Origin: a phage | Strand: one strand, 5' to 3' | DNA length: 38,725 nt | Sequence record: PZ502562.2 | Part shown: positions 1 to 8,593 of the stretch, piece by piece | Position numbering within the stretch: position 1 is the first letter of the stretch | Layout of the letters: each line of letters opens with the position of its first letter | Made by a program: the position numbers and the translations under genes | Notes under the pieces: generated by a model | The model's database searches: none | Seen by the model: only the letters and a program-made list of their open reading frames with translations | Told to the model about the DNA's origin: nothing

Positions 1-160
1 CTCACAGTGTAAGCGCCAAAAGTTCCCCCATAGGGGTCCCCAAAGTCACTCCAAAGGAGTGCCGGACCTTGAGGTGGCCTTGAGGTGGGGCCTGAGGTGG
101 ACCGAGGAGGGTCCTAAGGTTACCGTGGGGAGTGTCTCTTCTTGTCCCTATCTGTTCATC
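1..160. repeat. Left genome end; probable direct terminal repeat region (about 160 bp in T7)
   Basis: Window starts CTCACAGTGTA, the T7-group left-end sequence, and ends ...ATCTGAGTGACTAT, which in T7 immediately precedes the right terminal repeat. The right copy is outside the window, so the length is assumed from T7. Confidence 0.35.
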
Positions 161-162
161 CT

Positions 163-296
163 CCTAAAGTCCCTCCTAAAGTCATTCCTACCGTCTACAG
201 CCTAAAGACTACACCTAAAGACCCACCGAGTCAATCCCTATCTTAAAGACCATCCTAAAGACCATCCTAAAGCTGCCTTGTTGTTACCTATAAAGA
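163..296. repeat. Array of CCTAAAG-type heptamer repeats near the left end
   Basis: CCTAAAG or close variants at 163, 175, 201, 214, 242, 254, 266 and about 288; T7 has an equivalent array next to the terminal repeat. Confidence 0.6.
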
Positions 297-333
297 GATC
301 ACCTTTAATCATTGTCTTCAATCACCATTATTC

Positions 334-356
334 TAATTCGACTCACTATAAGGGGA
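334..356 (+). promoter_or_regulatory. T7-RNAP promoter phiOL-like (A at +1)
   Basis: TAATTCGACTCACTATAAGGGGA; 19/23 match to TAATACGACTCACTATAGGGAGA at the position of T7 phiOL. Confidence 0.55.
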
Positions 357-408
357 TAAGTCCACTTAAAGAGGACCAGAGATTAATCAAAATAATTTAA
401 AAAGAGTA

Positions 409-437
409 TTGACTTAAAGAGTCCTAGGGGTTACTAT
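409..437 (+). promoter_or_regulatory. Host sigma70 early promoter A1-like
   Basis: -35 TTGACT at 409-414, 17-nt spacer, -10 TACTAT at 432-437. Confidence 0.6.
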
Positions 438-535
438 TCATCTCGTCAACGGGACAACGGCCTAAAGCCACTCCCTGAGATACCGGGGTCAACCGGATAA
501 GTAGACAGCCTGATAAGTCATACGAAAAACAGGCA

Positions 536-565
536 TTGACAACACGAAGTAACATGTAGTAAGAT
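536..565 (+). promoter_or_regulatory. Host sigma70 early promoter A2-like
   Basis: -35 TTGACA at 536-541, 18-nt spacer, -10 TAAGAT at 560-565. Confidence 0.6.
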
Positions 566-642
566 GCACAGCGTCAACACGGTAGCACGGTGTCTTCTAG
601 GTGACTTAAGCGCACCACGGCACACAAAGTGAAACAAAACGG

Positions 643-671
643 TTGACAACATGAAATAAACACGGTACGAT
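643..671 (+). promoter_or_regulatory. Host sigma70 early promoter A3-like
   Basis: -35 TTGACA at 643-648, 17-nt spacer, -10 TACGAT at 666-671. Confidence 0.6.
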
Positions 672-759
672 GTACCACATGAAACGACAGTGAGGCGCAA
701 CACTGAAACGCGCTAGGGTCTAACGAAACCTGACCGACATGCTCTTTAACAATCTGGTA

Positions 760-832
760 AACGGCTCTTGAGTGTACACACGTAGCGGATAACTCAAGGG
801 TATCGCAAGGTGCCCTTTATGATATTCACTAC
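760..832 (+). promoter_or_regulatory. Putative RNase III processing hairpin (R0.3-like)
   Basis: Motif AACTCAAGG...CCTTTATGAT upstream of gene 0.3; the same family recurs before genes 0.5, 1.1, 1.3, 4.7, 6.5 and 18.5. Confidence 0.4.
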
Positions 833-857
833 TAACCACACTATGAGGTAACACACA

Positions 858-1127
858 ATGGCTATGTCTAACATGACTTATAACAACGTTTTCGATCACG
901 CTTACGAAATGCTGAAAGAAAACATCCGTTATGATGACATCCGTGACGCTGATGACCTGCACGATGCAGTGCATATGGCGGCTGATGCTGCTGTTCCGCA
1001 CTATTACAGCGACGTTTTCAGTGTAATGGCAAGCGAGGGCATTGACCTTGAGTTTGAGGATTCTGGCCTGATGCCGGACACCAATGACGTAATCCGTATC
1101 TGCAAGCGCGTATCTATGAGCAATTAA
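858..1127 (+). CDS. 0.3: Ocr (DNA mimic, anti-restriction) with a frameshifted, truncated C-terminus: 89 aa against 117 aa in T7
   Basis: ORF-track protein [30 protein letters not shown]... matches T7 Ocr to about residue 80, then ends ICKRVSMSN*. The canonical C-terminus ([20 protein letters not shown]...acidic tail) is intact in the +1 frame (1103-1213). Confidence 0.85.
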
Positions 1128-1212
1128 CGATTGACCTTTGGGAAGACGCTGAGGACTTGCTGAACGAGTATCTTGAGGAAGTCGAGGAGTCAGAAGAGGA
1201 GGAAGAAGAGTA

Positions 1213-1347
1213 ATGGCTAACAACACCACGCAATACGGTCTGACCGCTCAAACTGTGCTGTTCTATAGCGATATGGTGCGCTGTGGCTTTGATTGGTCGC
1301 TCGCAATGGAACATCTTAAAGAACTGTACGAAACAACAAGGCAATAG
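1213..1347 (+). CDS. 0.4: Gene 0.4 protein (44 aa; FtsZ inhibitor in T7)
   Basis: ATG at 1213 overlaps the TAA of the canonical ocr frame; translation MANNTTQYGLTAQTVLFYSDMVRCGFDWSLAMEHLKELYETTRQ. Too short for the ORF track. Confidence 0.75.
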   Translation: MANNTTQYGLTAQTVLFYSDMVRCGFDWSLAMEHLKELYETTRQ

Positions 1348-1365
1348 CCTTGGAGTCCACCCAGT

Positions 1366-1412
1366 GATAAACTCAAGGTCGCTCCTAGCGAGTGGCCTTT
1401 ATGATTATCACT
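1366..1412 (+). promoter_or_regulatory. Putative RNase III site (R0.5-like)
   Basis: GATAAACTCAAGGTCGCTCCTAGCGAGTGGCCTTTATGATTATCAC hairpin motif. Confidence 0.45.
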
Positions 1413-1427
1413 TTACTTACGGGAGTA

Positions 1428-1559
1428 ATGTATATGCTTACTATCGGTCTACTCACCGCTCTGGGGCTAGCTGTAGGTGCATCCTTTGGGAAGTCTTTGG
1501 GTGTAGCTGTAGGCTCTTACTTGGTCGCTTGTATCATCACGGGAGCACTGCGCAAATGA
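1428..1559 (+). CDS. 0.5: Gene 0.5 small hydrophobic protein (43 aa)
   Basis: RBS GGGAG upstream; translation MYMLTIGLLTALGLAVGASFGKSLGVAVGSYLVACIITGALRK. Confidence 0.7.
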   Translation: MYMLTIGLLTALGLAVGASFGKSLGVAVGSYLVACIITGALRK

Positions 1560-1693
1560 TGAAGCACTACGTTATGCCTATCCACACCAAGAACGGTGCT
1601 ACAGTTTGCACACCTGATGGCTTCGCAATGAAACAACGAATCGAACGCCTTAAGCGCGAACTTCGCACCAATCGCAAGCTCAACAACATCTAA
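1556..1693 (+). CDS. 0.6: Gene 0.6 protein (45 aa)
   Basis: C-terminal part of the 1283-1693 ORF-track entry; true start taken as ATG 1556 (MMKHYVMPIHTKNGATVCTPDGFAMKQRIERLKRELRTNRKLNNI), overlapping the 0.5 stop. Confidence 0.7.
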   Translation: MMKHYVMPIHTKNGATVCTPDGFAMKQRIERLKRELRTNRKLNNI

Positions 1694-1719
1694 ATCTAAT
1701 TTCATATTGACACTGGAGA

Positions 1720-2808
1720 ATGCACAAAGTGAACGCTATCGACATCATGAACGCTATCGACGCAATCAAAGCACTGCCAATCTGTGAACTTGATAAGCGC
1801 CAAAATATGTTCATTGATTTGCTGGTCGAGATGGTCAACAGCGAAACGTGTGACGGTGAAATCACCAAGCTGGACAAGCCGCTTGAATACCAAGACTGGT
1901 GGACTACCTTAAGGTGCCTGACCACTGACGCTGGCTTCACGATGCTTGGTAACGGGCACTTCTCCGCTGCCTATAGTCACCCACTGCTGCCTAACAGAGT
2001 GATTAAGGTGGGCTTTAAGAAAGAGGACTCAGGCGCTGCGTATACCGCATTCTGCCGCATGTATCAGGGTCGCGCTGGTATCCCTAACATCTACGACGTT
2101 CAGCGTCATGATGGATGCTATACGGTGGTTCTCGACGCTCTGAATGAATGTGAGCGAGAGGATAACTATGAGCACGACAAATACGCTGAGATTGCAAGAG
2201 ACATCATTGACTACGATTCTGATATGCACGATTGGCGTGGCGGATGGGTTGGGGAGTTCGTCGAAACTTGTAAGCTAATCCGCAAGTTTTTTGAGGGCAT
2301 CGCTTCGTTCGATATGCACAGTGGGAACATCATGTTCGACGATAATGACGTACCGTACATTACCGACCCGGTGTCATTCTCACAGAAGAAAGACGGTGGC
2401 GCTTTCAGCATTGACCCTGAGGAACTCATCAAGGAAGTCGAGGAAGTCGCACGACAGAAAGAAATTGACCGCGCTAAGGAACGTAAAGCACGACATGTAG
2501 CACGCTTAGAGGTGCGCAGAATGAAACGCCGTAACCGTAAGGAACGTAAGGCACACCGCGCTAAGCGTGAAAGGATGCTTGCTGCGTGGCGCATGGCTGA
2601 GCGTCAAGAACGTCGTAACCATGAGGTAGCTGTAGATGTACTAGGAAGAACCAATAACGCTATGCTCTGGGCGCACATGTTCGCTATGGACTTTAAGGCG
2701 CTTGAGGAACGAATCGCAGCGCACTGGTTCCAAGCTGACCGGATGGCTATCGCTAATGGTCTTCCGCTTAACATCGACAAGCAACTTGACGCAATGCTAA
2801 TGGGATGA
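1720..2808 (+). CDS. 0.7: Ser/Thr protein kinase and host transcription shut-off protein (gp0.7)
   Basis: 362 aa, collinear with T7 gp0.7 ([10 protein letters not shown]..., [41 protein letters not shown], basic C-terminal region). Confidence 0.95.
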   Translation: MHKVNAIDIMNAIDAIKALPICELDKRQNMFIDLLVEMVNSETCDGEITKLDKPLEYQDWWTTLRCLTTDAGFTMLGNGHFSAAYSHPLLPNRVIKVGFKKEDSGAAYTAFCRMYQGRAGIPNIYDVQRHDGCYTVVLDALNECEREDNYEHDKYAEIARDIIDYDSDMHDWRGGWVGEFVETCKLIRKFFEGIASFDMHSGNIMFDDNDVPYITDPVSFSQKKDGGAFSIDPEELIKEVEEVARQKEIDRAKERKARHVARLEVRRMKRRNRKERKAHRAKRERMLAAWRMAERQERRNHEVAVDVLGRTNNAMLWAHMFAMDFKALEERIAAHWFQADRMAIANGLPLNIDKQLDAMLMG

Positions 2809-2878
2809 TAGTCTTATCTTACAGGTCATCTGCGGGTGGCCTGAAATAGATACGATTTCTGACCGAAAGAGGTACAAA

Positions 2879-5530
2879 ATGAGCATGATTAACATCGCTA
2901 AGAACGATTTCTCTGACATCGAACTAGCTACTATCCCGTTCAACACTCTGGCCGATCACTACGGTGAGCGTCTAGCTCGCGAGCAGTTGGCCCTTGAGCA
3001 TGAGTCTTATGAAATGGGAGAAGCACGTTTCCGCAAGATGTTTGAGCGTCAACTTAAGGCCGGTGAGGTTGCAGACAATGCAGCTGCTAAACCTCTGATC
3101 ACTACTCTACTGCCCAAGATGGTTGCACGCATCAACGACTGGTTTGAGGAAGTGAAAGCTAAGCGTGGCAAACGTCCAACCGCTTTCCAGTTCCTGCAAG
3201 AAATCAAGCCGGAATCTGTAGCGTATATCACCATTAAGACTACCCTTGCTTGCCTAACGAGCGTGGACAATACAACCGTTCAGGCTGTAGCAAGCGCCAT
3301 CGGACGGGCTATCGAGGAAGAAGCTCGCTTCGGTCGAATCCGTGACCTAGAAGCTAAGCACTTCAAGAAAAACGTTGAGGAACAGCTAAACAAGCGCGTA
3401 GGGCATGTCTACAAGAAAGCATTCATGCAAGTAGTCGAGGCCGATATGCTCTCTAAGGGTCTACTCGGTGGCGAGGCGTGGTCTTCATGGCACAAGGAAG
3501 ACTCCATTCACGTAGGTGTGCGCTGCATTGAGATGCTCATCGAGTCCACCGGAATGGTTAGCTTGCACCGCCAAAATGCTGGCGTAGTGGGCCAAGACTC
3601 TGAGACTATCGAACTCGCACCGGAATACGCTGAGGCTATCGCAACACGGGCTGGGGCACTGGCTGGTATCTCTCCGATGTATCAGCCTTGCATAGTACCT
3701 CCTAAACCTTGGACTGGTGTAACTGGTGGTGGATACTGGGCTAATGGTCGCCGTCCGCTGGTACTGGTGCGCACCCACAGCAAGAAGGCACTGATGCGCT
3801 ACGAAGATGTTTACATGCCTGAGGTATACAAGGCGATCAACATTGCGCAAAACACCGCTTGGAAAATCAACAAGAAAGTTCTGGCGGTCGCCAACGTGAT
3901 AACCAAGTGGAAGCACTGCCCTGTAGAAGACATTCCTTCGATTGAGCGTGAAGAACTCCCGATGAAACCGGAAGACATCGACACGAATCCAGAGGCGCTG
4001 ACCGCTTGGAAACGTGCAGCTGCCGCTGTGTACCGTAAGGACAAGGCCCGTAAGTCTCGCCGTATTAGTCTGGAGTTCATGCTTGAGCAAGCCAATAAGT
4101 TTGCTAACCGTAAGGCCATCTGGTTCCCTTACAACATGGACTGGCGTGGTCGTGTATACGCTGTGTCAATGTTTAACCCGCAAGGTAACGACATGACAAA
4201 GGGTCTGCTGACACTGGCTAAAGGTAAACCAATCGGCAAGGAAGGATTTTACTGGCTGAAAATTCACGGTGCGAACTGCGCGGGAGTTGATAAGGTTCCA
4301 TTCCCTGAGCGCATCAAGTTCATTGAGGATAACCATGAGAACATCCTAGCGTGCGCTAAGTCCCCACTGGAGAACACTTGGTGGGCTGAGCAGGACTCAC
4401 CATTCTGCTTCCTCGCGTTCTGCTTTGAGTACGCTTGGGTACAGCACCACGGCCTGCGTTACAACTGCTCGCTGCCATTGGCGTTCGATGGGTCTTGCTC
4501 CGGTATCCAGCACTTCTCCGCGATGCTCCGCGATGAGGTGGGTGGTCGTGCTGTTAACCTGCTACCTAGCGAAACCGTTCAGGACATCTACGGGATTGTT
4601 GCCAAGAAAGTCAACGAGATTCTGCAAGCTGATGCAATCAACGGGACCGATAACGAAGTAGTTACCGTGACCGATGAGAACACTGGGGAAATCTCTGAGA
4701 AAATCAAGCTGGGTACTAAAGCACTAGCTGGTCAATGGCTTGCTTACGGTGTAACTCGTAGCGTCACTAAACGTTCAGTCATGACGCTGGCCTATGGCTC
4801 CAAAGAGTTCGGCTTCCGCCAGCAAGTCCTTGAGGACACCATACAGCCAGCTATCGATTCAGGCAAAGGTCTGATGTTCACCCAACCTAATCAGGCTGCT
4901 GGATATATGGCTAAGCTGATTTGGGAGTCAGTGAGCGTTACCGTAGTGGCTGCTGTAGAGGCTATGAACTGGCTTAAGTCTGCTGCGAAGCTGCTGGCTG
5001 CTGAGGTCAAAGACAAGAAGACTGGTGAGATTCTCCGTAAACGCTGTGCGGTGTATTGGGTAACTCCTGATGGCTTCCCTGTGTGGCAAGAATACAAGAA
5101 GCCAATTCAGACTCGCTTGAACTTGATGTTCCTCGGTCAGTTCCGCTTACAGCCGACTATCAACACCAACAAGGACAGCGAGATTGATGCCCATAAGCAG
5201 GAATCTGGTATATCCCCTAACTTTGTACACAGCCAAGACGGTAGCCACCTACGTAAGACTGTAGTGTGGGCATATGAGAAGTACGGAATCGAATCTTTTG
5301 CACTGATTCATGACTCCTTCGGGACCATTCCGGCTGACGCTGCCAACCTATTCAAGGCTGTTCGTGAGACTATGGTTGACACCTACGAGTCCTGCGATGT
5401 ACTTGCAGACTTCTACAACCAGTTCGCTGATCAGTTACATGAGTCACAATTGGATAAAATGCCAGCACTTCCGGCTAAAGGTAACTTGAATTTACGAGAC
5501 ATCTTAGAGTCAGACTTCGCGTTTGCGTAA
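2879..5530 (+). CDS. 1: T7-type single-subunit DNA-dependent RNA polymerase
   Basis: 883 aa, near-identical to T7 RNAP throughout; consistent with the T7-consensus promoters across the window. Confidence 0.99.
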   Translation: MSMINIAKNDFSDIELATIPFNTLADHYGERLAREQLALEHESYEMGEARFRKMFERQLKAGEVADNAAAKPLITTLLPKMVARINDWFEEVKAKRGKRPTAFQFLQEIKPESVAYITIKTTLACLTSVDNTTVQAVASAIGRAIEEEARFGRIRDLEAKHFKKNVEEQLNKRVGHVYKKAFMQVVEADMLSKGLLGGEAWSSWHKEDSIHVGVRCIEMLIESTGMVSLHRQNAGVVGQDSETIELAPEYAEAIATRAGALAGISPMYQPCIVPPKPWTGVTGGGYWANGRRPLVLVRTHSKKALMRYEDVYMPEVYKAINIAQNTAWKINKKVLAVANVITKWKHCPVEDIPSIEREELPMKPEDIDTNPEALTAWKRAAAAVYRKDKARKSRRISLEFMLEQANKFANRKAIWFPYNMDWRGRVYAVSMFNPQGNDMTKGLLTLAKGKPIGKEGFYWLKIHGANCAGVDKVPFPERIKFIEDNHENILACAKSPLENTWWAEQDSPFCFLAFCFEYAWVQHHGLRYNCSLPLAFDGSCSGIQHFSAMLRDEVGGRAVNLLPSETVQDIYGIVAKKVNEILQADAINGTDNEVVTVTDENTGEISEKIKLGTKALAGQWLAYGVTRSVTKRSVMTLAYGSKEFGFRQQVLEDTIQPAIDSGKGLMFTQPNQAAGYMAKLIWESVSVTVVAAVEAMNWLKSAAKLLAAEVKDKKTGEILRKRCAVYWVTPDGFPVWQEYKKPIQTRLNLMFLGQFRLQPTINTNKDSEIDAHKQESGISPNFVHSQDGSHLRKTVVWAYEKYGIESFALIHDSFGTIPADAANLFKAVRETMVDTYESCDVLADFYNQFADQLHESQLDKMPALPAKGNLNLRDILESDFAFA

Positions 5531-5538
5531 CGTCAAAT

Positions 5539-5561
5539 TAATACGACTCACTATAGAGGGA
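5539..5561 (+). promoter_or_regulatory. T7-RNAP promoter phi1.1A
   Basis: TAATACGACTCACTATAGAGGGA, +1 G at 5556. Confidence 0.85.
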
Positions 5562-5608
5562 CAAACTCAAGGTCACTTAAACGAGTGGCCTTTATGATTG
5601 ACCTTCTT
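5562..5608 (+). promoter_or_regulatory. Putative RNase III site (R1.1-like)
   Basis: CAAACTCAAGGTCACTTAAACGAGTGGCCTTTATGATTGACC hairpin motif. Confidence 0.45.
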
Positions 5609-5613
5609 CTGGT

Positions 5614-5636
5614 TAATACGACTCACTATAGGGAAG
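5614..5636 (+). promoter_or_regulatory. T7-RNAP promoter phi1.1B
   Basis: TAATACGACTCACTATAGGGAAG, +1 G at 5631. Confidence 0.85.
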
Positions 5637-5637
5637 A

Positions 5638-5712
5638 CCTTAAGGTTTAACTTTAAGACCATTAAGTGTTAATTAAAGATTTAAATTAAAGACTACTAAT
5701 AGAGGACTTTAA
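5638..5712 (+). other. AT-rich region downstream of phi1.1A/B; probable primary origin of DNA replication
   Basis: TAAGGTTTAACTTTAAGACCATTAAGTGTTAATTAAAGATTTAAATTAAAGACTACTAATAG lies just after the paired promoters, where the T7 primary origin maps. Confidence 0.5.
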
Positions 5713-5714
5713 GT

Positions 5715-5843
5715 ATGCGTAACTTCGAAAAGATGATCAAACGTTCTAAACATAACGCTCATGACTTCGAGGCAACCAAGGGTCGCAAGTTGAATAAGAC
5801 TAAGCGCGACAGTTCGCATAAGCGTAGCTGGGAGGGTCAGTAA
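5715..5843 (+). CDS. 1.1: Gene 1.1 protein (42 aa, basic)
   Basis: MRNFEKMIKRSKHNAHDFEATKGRKLNKTKRDSSHKRSWEGQ; stop is 1 nt before the gene 1.2 ATG. Confidence 0.8.
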   Translation: MRNFEKMIKRSKHNAHDFEATKGRKLNKTKRDSSHKRSWEGQ

Positions 5844-5844
5844 G

Positions 5845-6117
5845 ATGGGACGTTTATACAGTGGCAACTTAATAGCATACAAAGACGCTATCGAGAGACT
5901 TAAAGAAGACTATGATGCAAATGTGGTCGTTGAAACTTATCGCTATGAGGACTTCGAACAGCGACGGATGGTTGCCGGTGAGACACTTCGAGTGATATTG
6001 CGGGATGGCTTAATGCTGACCGCTAAGTGTTTCGAGCAGTCAGATGAAGACGTTCGCTGTAATGCACAGACCGAATGGCTCCGTAAGGTACACAGTGACC
6101 TACAGCACTGGAAGTAA
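5845..6117 (+). CDS. 1.2: Gp1.2-like protein (host dGTPase inhibitor in T7); divergent central region
   Basis: 90 aa; N-terminus MGRLYSGNL and C-terminus ...DEDV...W...DLQHWK match T7 gp1.2, the middle does not. Confidence 0.8.
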   Translation: MGRLYSGNLIAYKDAIERLKEDYDANVVVETYRYEDFEQRRMVAGETLRVILRDGLMLTAKCFEQSDEDVRCNAQTEWLRKVHSDLQHWK

Positions 6118-6137
6118 TACGACTCACTAAAGGGACA
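6115..6137 (+). promoter_or_regulatory. T7-RNAP promoter phi1.3
   Basis: TAATACGACTCACTAAAGGGACA, +1 G at 6132. Confidence 0.85.
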
Positions 6138-6170
6138 ATGCTTAAGGTCGCTCATTGAGTGGCCTTAGTC
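6136..6170 (+). promoter_or_regulatory. Putative RNase III site (R1.3-like)
   Basis: CTTAAGGTCGCTCATTGAGTGGCCTTAGTC hairpin. Confidence 0.4.
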
Positions 6171-6195
6171 ATTTAACCGATAGGAGATAAACATT

Positions 6196-7218
6196 ATGAT
6201 GAACATTAAGACCAACCCATTTAAAGCCGTGTCTTTCGTAGAGTCTTCCATTAAGAAAGCTCTGGATAACGCTGGGTATCTTATCGCTGACATCAAGTAC
6301 GATGGTGTACGTGGGAACATCTGCGTAGACAATACCGCTAACAGTTGCTGGCTCTCTCGTGTATCTAAAACGATTCCGGCACTGGAGCACCTAAACGGAT
6401 TCGATGCACGCTGGAAGCGTCTTCTGAATGATGACCGTTGCTTCTACAAAGATGGCTTTATGCTGGATGGGGAACTAATGGTCAAGGGAGTAGACTTCAA
6501 CACTGGGTCTGGCCTACTGCGCACCAAATGGACCGACACTAAGAACCAAGAGTTCCACGAAGAGTTATTCGTTGAGCCAGTACGTAAGAAAGACAAGGTT
6601 CCCTTTAAGTTACACACTGGACATCTGTGCGTCAAACTGTATGCAATCCTCCCGCTTCACGTTGTAGAGTCTGGAGAAGACTGTGACATCATGACGCTAC
6701 TCATGCAGGAACACGTTAAGAACATGCTGCCTCTGCTACAGGAATACTTCCCTGAAATCGAATGGCAAGCGGCTGAATCTTACGAGGTCTACGACATGGT
6801 AGAACTACAGCAACTGTATGAGAAGAAGCGTGAAGAAGGTCATGAGGGTCTCATTGTAAAAGACCCAATGGGAATCTATAAGCGAGGCAAGAAGTCCGGC
6901 TGGTTCAAAATGAAGCCAGAGAACGAGGCTGACGGCATTATCCAAGGTCTGGTATGGGGTACAGAGGGTCTGGCTAACGAAGGCAAAGTGATTGGCTTTG
7001 AGGTGCTTCTTGAGAGTGGTCGTGTAGTAAACGCCACAAACATCTCTCGCGCCTTAATGGACGAGTTCACCAATACCGTAAACATTGAAGGCCGTGACTT
7101 CTACAATGGACACGCTTGCCAGATTAGCTACATGGAGGAAACACCAGACGGCTCTCTGCGTCACCCATCGTTCGTAATGTTCCGTGGCACAGAGGACAAC
7201 CCTCAAGAGAAAATTTAA
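6196..7218 (+). CDS. 1.3: ATP-dependent DNA ligase
   Basis: 340 aa; adenylation motif KYDGVRG; collinear with T7 ligase apart from a roughly 19-aa internal deletion near the C-terminus. Confidence 0.95.
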   Translation: MMNIKTNPFKAVSFVESSIKKALDNAGYLIADIKYDGVRGNICVDNTANSCWLSRVSKTIPALEHLNGFDARWKRLLNDDRCFYKDGFMLDGELMVKGVDFNTGSGLLRTKWTDTKNQEFHEELFVEPVRKKDKVPFKLHTGHLCVKLYAILPLHVVESGEDCDIMTLLMQEHVKNMLPLLQEYFPEIEWQAAESYEVYDMVELQQLYEKKREEGHEGLIVKDPMGIYKRGKKSGWFKMKPENEADGIIQGLVWGTEGLANEGKVIGFEVLLESGRVVNATNISRALMDEFTNTVNIEGRDFYNGHACQISYMEETPDGSLRHPSFVMFRGTEDNPQEKI

Positions 7219-7225
7219 GCACACT

Positions 7226-7256
7226 GGCTCACCTTAGGGTGGGCCTTTCTGCGTTT
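7226..7256 (+). terminator. Rho-independent terminator for host RNAP (TE-like)
   Basis: GGCTCACC-TTAG-GGTGGGCC stem-loop (8 bp, one G-U) followed by TTTCTGCGTTT, directly after gene 1.3. Confidence 0.8.
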
Positions 7257-7278
7257 AATACGACTCACTATAGGAGAT
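7256..7278 (+). promoter_or_regulatory. T7-RNAP promoter phi1.5
   Basis: TAATACGACTCACTATAGGAGAT, +1 G at 7273. Confidence 0.85.
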
Positions 7279-7285
7279 ACACACA

Positions 7286-7378
7286 ATGATGTACCTACTT
7301 CCATTACTCATTATTATCATTGGATGTCTTGCGCTTCATTTTAAGGATGACAACGACATGCCAGATGGTCACGCTTAA
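7286..7378 (+). CDS. 1.5: Gene 1.5 small hydrophobic protein (30 aa)
   Basis: MMYLLPLLIIIIGCLALHFKDDNDMPDGHA; between phi1.5 and phi1.6 as in T7. Confidence 0.7.
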   Translation: MMYLLPLLIIIIGCLALHFKDDNDMPDGHA

Positions 7379-7398
7379 TACGACTCACTAAAGGAGAC
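7376..7398 (+). promoter_or_regulatory. T7-RNAP promoter phi1.6
   Basis: TAATACGACTCACTAAAGGAGAC, +1 G at 7393. Confidence 0.85.
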
Positions 7399-7403
7399 AC
7401 TAT

Positions 7404-7664
7404 ATGTTTCGACTTCATTTCAACAAAAGCATTAAGAATTTCACAGTTCGCCGTGCTGACCGTTCAATCGTATGTGCGAGCGAGCGCCGAGCTAAGTTAC
7501 CTCCTATTGGTGACACAGTCCCCTTGGCACCGAGCGTCCACATCATTATCACTCGTGGTGACTTCGAGAAAGCAATAGACAAGAAACGTCCGGTTCTTAG
7601 CGTGGCAGTGACCCGCTTCCCGTTCGTCCGTCTGTTACTCAAACGAATCAAGGAGGTGTTCTGA
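7404..7664 (+). CDS. 1.6: Gene 1.6 protein
   Basis: 86 aa, [33 protein letters not shown]..., near-identical to T7 gp1.6. Confidence 0.9.
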   Translation: MFRLHFNKSIKNFTVRRADRSIVCASERRAKLPPIGDTVPLAPSVHIIITRGDFEKAIDKKRPVLSVAVTRFPFVRLLLKRIKEVF

Positions 7665-8198
7665 TGATTGTTGTACTTAATGGCCCCGCTGGTTGCGGAA
7701 AGGATACAATAGCTAACCGTATTCTTGAGGTATCCAGTGTATTCAAGAAGGCCGAGATGAAAGCTCCTATGTGGGAAATAGCTAATGCGACTTTGGGTAG
7801 TAACTTCGAGAAGTTCGTAGAGCTATACAACGACAGGGCTACCAAAGAGAAACCTTGCGATATGTTGGGTGGACTTTCACCACGCAACTTCTTTATTCAT
7901 ATCTCTGAGAAGTGGTGTAAGCCTCTATTCGGAGACACTTACTTTGGAGAGCGTATGCTGCAAACAGCCATCTCCAACAAACATCACGAAACCATTCTGT
8001 CAGATGGTGGTTTCTCTGTGGAACTGATGCCAGCACTTGCCGCTGGGGAGACAATTATGTTGGTTCGTTTACATCGTGAGGGTTATACGTTCGATGGAGA
8101 TAGTCGGTCGTACATACACATCGAGCACAAGAACTGCTGGCCTCTGGATGTGAAACTAGAAGATGGTAAAATTGACGAAGCCGTTGAGGGGATTTTAG

Positions 8199-8526
<328 letters not shown>

Positions 8527-8529
<3 letters not shown>

Positions 8530-8549
8530 TACGACTCACTATAGGGAAG
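8527..8549 (+). promoter_or_regulatory. T7-RNAP promoter phi2.5
   Basis: TAATACGACTCACTATAGGGAAG, +1 G at 8544. Confidence 0.85.
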
Positions 8550-8593
8550 ACTCCCTCTGAGAAACTAAACGAAACCTAAAGGAGATTAACATT

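Noticed and set aside
1283-1693. 136-aa plus-strand ORF
   Set aside because: It is a read-through across the R0.5 hairpin and gene 0.5 region; only its last 45 codons (1556-1693) correspond to gene 0.6.
1731-1761. 13-bp direct repeat GAACGCTATCGAC at 1731-1743 and 1749-1761 at the start of gene 0.7, giving [10 protein letters not shown]
   Set aside because: Probably a small in-frame duplication in the kinase N-terminus with no evident consequence.
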